Assembly: GCA_964057225.1 (NCBI GenBank)
Contig: OZ059897.1
Coordinates: forward strand, 16,926,001-16,990,000
Length of the DNA stretch: 64,000 nucleotides
Reading direction: 5' to 3'
Source: Auanema rhodensis
Lineage: Eukaryota; Animalia; Nematoda
The position numbers and the translations under genes were made by a program. The notes beneath the pieces are model-generated. The model ran no database searches and was not told the origin of the DNA. It saw only the letters and a program-made list of their open reading frames with translations. Below, piece by piece: positions 60,679 through 64,000 of the stretch (position 1 is the stretch's first letter; each line of letters opens with the position of its first letter).

Positions 60679-61424
60679 TTATATAAAATGATCAAAACGA
60701 TGAGGAATTGATGCTTTTCTCCCATTATATGGTAAAAATGGAACTGCAACTCCGTTCTCATCTACGATTGTATTCGTTTGGCGAGGCATTATAGGTTTTC
60801 CACGGAAACGAGCTACTTCAGCAGCCTGCAAATACAAAACATTCAAGAACTTTTTTTAAAATTAGAAAAGGAAAACTTTAGAAGTAAATCATTACTATTA
60901 ATTTGAAAAATATTGTTTCTTTAATATTTTATCCCATTATTTATTTTTTCTCTTCCATTAATCATATAGAAGAATCAAAAAACTTATTTTGGATTGAAAA
61001 AAATACTTATCATTGTAGAAAATTGATGAAAAATTTTAAAAGCCTACCGAATGTCTAGGAAGAGTAAGTTGTTGATCTAAAGCTTTATCGTTTATGAAAA
61101 TTCCTCTTAATTGCGAATCGTCCTCACTTGCAGCTGCATATAAGCGATCAAGTAATGATTCAGTAGAAACTGAAAAATAATTATTTTATTTTATTATATT
61201 AGGAATATTATAATTTATATTTAATATTATTATAATAATAAATTAAAAATTAAATACTCAGTTGAAATTTAGAAAATAAATTAAAAAATAAACAAAACAC
61301 AAAATATTAAAACTTGATAAATTTAAATAATTAAAGATAAATATAAAAATTTATTTATTTATTTACCTGATTGAACTGAATATAATACAAATAAATAGAA
61401 GGTAAGTGTTCTGAATATCATCAT
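60679..61424 (-). CDS. Small secreted protein (~108 aa), 3 exons, possible peptide precursor
   Basis: MMIFRTLTFYLFVLYSVQSV|STESLLDRLYAAASEDDSQLRGIFINDKALDQQLTLPRHS|AAEVARFRGKPIMPRQTNTIVDENGVAVPFLPYNGRKASIPHRFDHFI*, with canonical splice sites. Absent from the ORF track. Confidence 0.78.
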
Positions 61425-62544
61425 AAGTTATATGAGATGTGATAGCTGTGGTCACTGAAAAATTGGCTTTAAAAGGCAATATGGGCGGTGATTGTTTGAA
61501 CGAAAGACGGTTTGGTCGATCATCATCTTGGGTACTCTTCTAGCCACATGACTGATTGACATCAACGTGATAATTAAAGCAAAAAATGGGGGGAAGTTGA
61601 TGGAAGAAATTGATCATCTATAGGACGAACATTTAAAATATAAAGATCATTCGTTAAACATTATGTTTAAAAATTTTTGCATTGAAGAAAATAAATTTTG
61701 AAAGTAGACAGGTATTTCTTCTTTTTTTTCTTTAGTTTGCGTAACAACGTGACTCGCCTCAAGCACTTGTCTCCATATTTCAACATTGTCTGTCCTACAG
61801 GGTTAGTAATGATGTGCTATTCATAAGTTTTTCTATAATTAGTACATATTTAAGTGTAATTCATGATGAAAATTATTATCAAATACTATGAGGCACATAT
61901 TTGTATCTCCAATAACAGTACTAAATAATAGTTTTAAATACTATTTTTAAGTACAATGAACCGTCATTCCTTTTCACAGATATAAGAAAAACAATTATAT
62001 ATTAAATATATATGATAAATTAAGAGAAATTTGAATGATCATGATATTCTTGATTATTAATCATTTTTGATCGTTTCTTGTAGTTGTTCATATTTGATAT
62101 GTACTACAATCAATGGGTACAACGTGCTGTGATAAAACTTAATTTCTCAATACTTTAAACCCAAGTTCAGATAATTCAATGTAATTCTAATCAAGACCAA
62201 TTAATTTCGTTTGAATCGTAACTTTCTTTAAACGTTGATTAACTAATATATCATCCATCTTCTTCTTTTTTAAAGTTTTTTCTTCTTTTCTCTTTTCAAT
62301 AGAGATCAAAGAAATTTGTCATGGTCAACTGCACTGCCAATTAAAATGTGTTAGTTTCAAAACTAACGCTAGATCGAGAACGGAAGTACTCGGCTCTGTT
62401 GTAGAGAAGCAGAGTGAGCTTATAAGATGTCTCCATTGGTTAGACACGAAGCCAATGTCAGAAGCCGACTCTGCCACTCTAGTGAGCATGCTTCAGCTTC
62501 AAATAGCTTATATATGAGCCAAATCATGTGCTGCTATAAATTGT

Positions 62545-62617
62545 GGCCGCGTGGCCCAATGGATAAGGCGTCGGACTTCGGATCCGAAGATTGCAGGTTC
62601 GAGTCCTGCCGTGGTCG
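62545..62617 (+). tRNA. tRNA-Arg (anticodon TCG)
   Basis: 73-nt cloverleaf with acceptor stem GGCCGCG/CGTGGTC, A box TGGCCCAATGG, anticodon arm TCGGA-CT-TCG-GA-TCCGA, B box GGTTCGAGTCC and a T-run terminator at 62621. Confidence 0.97.
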
Positions 62618-63714
62618 AAATTTTTGCAAAACTGAAACTATAAATTGGGAACTGAATATGATTGATACGAGCATTTAATTCTTATCAATCATTGAAAATG
62701 CTAGAGTTTTTTCAAGAAATGATTTATTAATTTCCAACTACATCACAAAGAAATTTATTTATAGAATCAGAAGTTCATTTTAAAGTTTTTTGCTTCGAAC
62801 TATTTGAAATAAATTTTCTTTGTGAAAATGCTCAATATGTGTATGACATTTATAATTTATTATAGAACCACGTTGAGAAACAAAATTTGAAACAGTACTT
62901 CAGGAAAACGCATTCTAATATACAAACTTTCTAAGAAAAAAGACAATCTTCTATCATTATTTCGAAAACCACGTGAGAGATGTTAAAAATACGAGAATGA
63001 TAATATTGTTTACGGGTTTTCTTCAAGTTTTCCAAATGCAAAAATGGACTTTAGTAGGTTTTTCAGTATCATCATCATTAAAAATTATGAAGAATTACAA
63101 TTCCATCGTTATAGCTACATAAATAACAGAATTCAATAGTTCAAAACGTATAAAAAAAACTAATTTATGAAGATAGCTAATCGATATTTTGAATTAGCTA
63201 GTTTGTGAGATCTGAATCAAAAAATTATCGATTACTTAGGAGAACTTCTTGAACGCAAATTTTTTAAAAATTTTTGTTATGAACTAGACAATAATGTATT
63301 GTTTATTTTAATTATATTAAATAAGTGGTAATGAATTATGTCACTTTCTACTAATGAGTATTTTATTTTGAACGTGTTTCCTACTTAAAGTGGTGGTGTA
63401 TTTTTTTTAATATTACGTTAAAAATTCAAAAATTAATCAATTAGTAGTGTAGTTGATGACCCAGATTAAAGTATAATATACAATTAATAACTAAGAAATA
63501 CCTATATCCTTTCCCACATAATATTTTGGGAACTGTCAATTTTTTATACAAAACGTGACCCGTGGCAATTTGGAATCCCCGCGCATTAGGCTCCACCCAC
63601 TTTTTAAAATCCTTATTATATCTCTTGTGGATAAATAGGCTGCCATTCATACCTTGAGGTAGCCTGCCGCATGGTTGTATATACATCCTGCCTATTTCTT
63701 AACCCAAAAACTCT

Positions 63715-63900
63715 ATAATTTATTGTCACAACGTTTGTATTATTTTCATTTCTGCTCAATGGCATGGACTATGTGAGATCTATTGCGAATGATATCACAG
63801 TTCTTGCTGTTGGGTAGAGATGAGAGTTGGTGTTATTTTAAGTTGCCTTCAAGATACCTTTCTAATTTTTCTGTAGGTTCAAATCTGGGTGTGCTTCTTA
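63715..63900 (-). mobile_element. Possible decayed Tc1/mariner transposase C-terminal remnant
   Basis: The minus strand gives HPDLN (63877-63888), then a frameshifted EKLERYL, then DLT*SMP. This resembles the SPDLNPIEN..L and L..SMP.R motifs, with stops and frameshifts and no TIR identified. Confidence 0.3.
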
Positions 63901-64000
63901 GTCGTATTTGTTTTTATGACTAGAATCACATTCAGCATTGCATCTACTAAAGTAAAATTAGGCCTGTTCCCTCGTAGATAAAGTTATCTGTCAGCATAAT

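Noticed and set aside
62155-62171. Weak resemblance to a spliced-leader exon (TTTAAACCCAAGTTCAG)
   Set aside because: It lacks the GGTTT start, the GT donor and an Sm site.
62427-62678. 83-aa ORF on the plus strand
   Set aside because: It overlaps the tRNA-Arg gene and has no protein features.
63655-63683. let-7-like string TGAGGTAG...GGTTGTATA
   Set aside because: The match is interrupted by extra bases and I see no precursor hairpin, so it is probably chance.

Overview
AT-rich eukaryotic genomic DNA with many short (~45-60 bp) GT-AG introns, TTTCAG-type acceptors, a cuticle collagen and operon-like gene spacing, i.e. a nematode, probably rhabditid (inference). The supplied ORF track mostly shows exon fragments, so all gene models below were spliced by hand and their coordinates span introns. 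From left to right: SF3A3/prp-9; a signal-peptide/GPI-type protein with a degenerate CCA-adding/poly(A)-polymerase-like fold; a histidine acid phosphatase; a short leishmanolysin-like M8 peptidase; a cuticle collagen; a divergent pair of putative operons (EBP2>ZIP transporter>METTL4/damt-1 on the minus strand, mrps-18C>TARBP1 on the plus strand); a small PPxY membrane protein; nfi-1; NOP2/nsun-1; three small genes the ORF track misses; a zinc-finger gene with a ~7 kb intron; tRNA-Arg(TCG); and a possible decayed Tc1-like fragment. The most unusual item is the apparently cell-surface pseudo-nucleotidyltransferase at 3395-5543.
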